The notes beneath the pieces are model-generated. The model was given only the letters and a program-made list of their open reading frames with translations. It had not been told where the DNA came from and ran no database searches. Shown piece after piece: positions 63,365-64,000 of a stretch of 64,000 nt of DNA. How positions within the stretch are numbered: position 1 is the first letter of the stretch; the number at the start of each line of letters is the position of its first letter. This DNA comes from a virus (lineage: Duplodnaviria; Caudoviricetes), in IMG/VR virus record IMGVR_UViG_3300037467_001552, positions 4,922 to 68,921 of that record; one strand, given 5' to 3'. The position numbers and the translations under genes were made by a program.

Positions 63365-64000
63365 ATGTCGTACTTCACCGCCGCGGAATTGGCCAACGTC
63401 CAGGCCAATCCGCAGAGCTATGTCGCCATCGTGTACGGCAACAACCGCTCTCGGTTCATGCAATCCCTCGGCCCGTTGCTGTCCTTCCTGTCGGAAGATC
63501 ACGTCAAGCTGATGTTCTGCGGGCTGTTGGCGTTTGATCTAAAGCCCTACGGGGACAGCGCGGCGTCCTGCTTGGCCGAAATCCTCGCGGAGCCGGCCCT
63601 GAACTGCTTCAACTACACGCTGCTGACGCACTACCTGTTCGACATCCTCGACCCGGCGCCGGTCGCCCCAAACTTCCAGATCGTACACGTCGGCTGGAAC
63701 GGCGGCGCGGTCGGCAACCACAGCCAGATCTTCGTCGAGAGCGAGCCCAATCCGGGCGGCGCGAACGCCGTCGTCGATCCGACCTATGGGCTCATGATCG
63801 GCGGGATCGGCAGCGACTGGGTCGTGGCCGGGAAGCCGATCGGCGCGGGCTTCATCGCCGATTTCCGCGGCTACAAGAGCCAGCCCGCATCGGTCGCGGC
63901 GGCGGCGGCCACGACCCTGAACGCGCTCCAGACCGGGGCCTACAGGTTCAGGCACTCCGCCTACTACTACCGCACCGCGGCGCTGATGGCGGCCCAAGCC
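63365..64000 (+). CDS. 3'-truncated protein with transglutaminase-like Cys-His-Asp motif
   Basis: Open from ATG 63365 to window end (absent from the ORF track): ALNCFNYTLL..GNHSQIFVE..VVDPTYG. Confidence 0.6.
   Translation, partial: MSYFTAAELANVQANPQSYVAIVYGNNRSRFMQSLGPLLSFLSEDHVKLMFCGLLAFDLKPYGDSAASCLAEILAEPALNCFNYTLLTHYLFDILDPAPVAPNFQIVHVGWNGGAVGNHSQIFVESEPNPGGANAVVDPTYGLMIGGIGSDWVVAGKPIGAGFIADFRGYKSQPASVAAAAATTLNALQTGAYRFRHSAYYYRTAALMAAQA

Overview
The window is most of the genome of a high-GC tailed phage with a contractile tail (myovirus-type), probably infecting an alphaproteobacterium (Methylobacterium-like; this is an inference). Both ends fall inside the tail-fibre region, which suggests a circularly permuted genome slightly longer than 64 kb. 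Gene order: tailspike and lysis genes (1-5.7 kb); metallophosphoesterase, HNH and DUF5664 genes (5.7-7.7 kb); a leftward early region of small genes containing a plasmid-type Rep-like/ParA/ParG module and a tandem multi-HTH cluster (7.7-17.8 kb); a repressor/Cro-like switch (18.5-19.2 kb); replication and recombination genes including dCMP deaminase, VRR-NUC, Cas4-like nuclease, SSB-like protein and primase-helicase (19.3-27.7 kb); a NusG-paralogue antiterminator followed by a strong promoter and a long structured leader (28-29.5 kb); accessory genes with a serine resolvase (29.5-37.4 kb); a repeat-rich non-coding locus, terS, a repeat-delimited mini-gene array and terL (37.5-41.4 kb); then portal, head, tail, baseplate and fibre genes. 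I found no integrase, reverse transcriptase, tRNA or CRISPR array. The most unusual signals are non-coding: (i) five copies of a 22-nt leader, four behind a near-consensus sigma70 promoter, each heading a small accessory gene cassette; (ii) six copies of another ~30-nt motif delimiting small genes between terS and terL; (iii) a symmetric ~530-bp locus with 24-bp perfect inverted ends and 13 exact 8-mer iterons; (iv) a 173-nt element closed by a perfect 25-bp helix; (v) a ~410-nt structured leader after the NusG paralogue. All protein family calls come from motif recognition by eye, not database searches.
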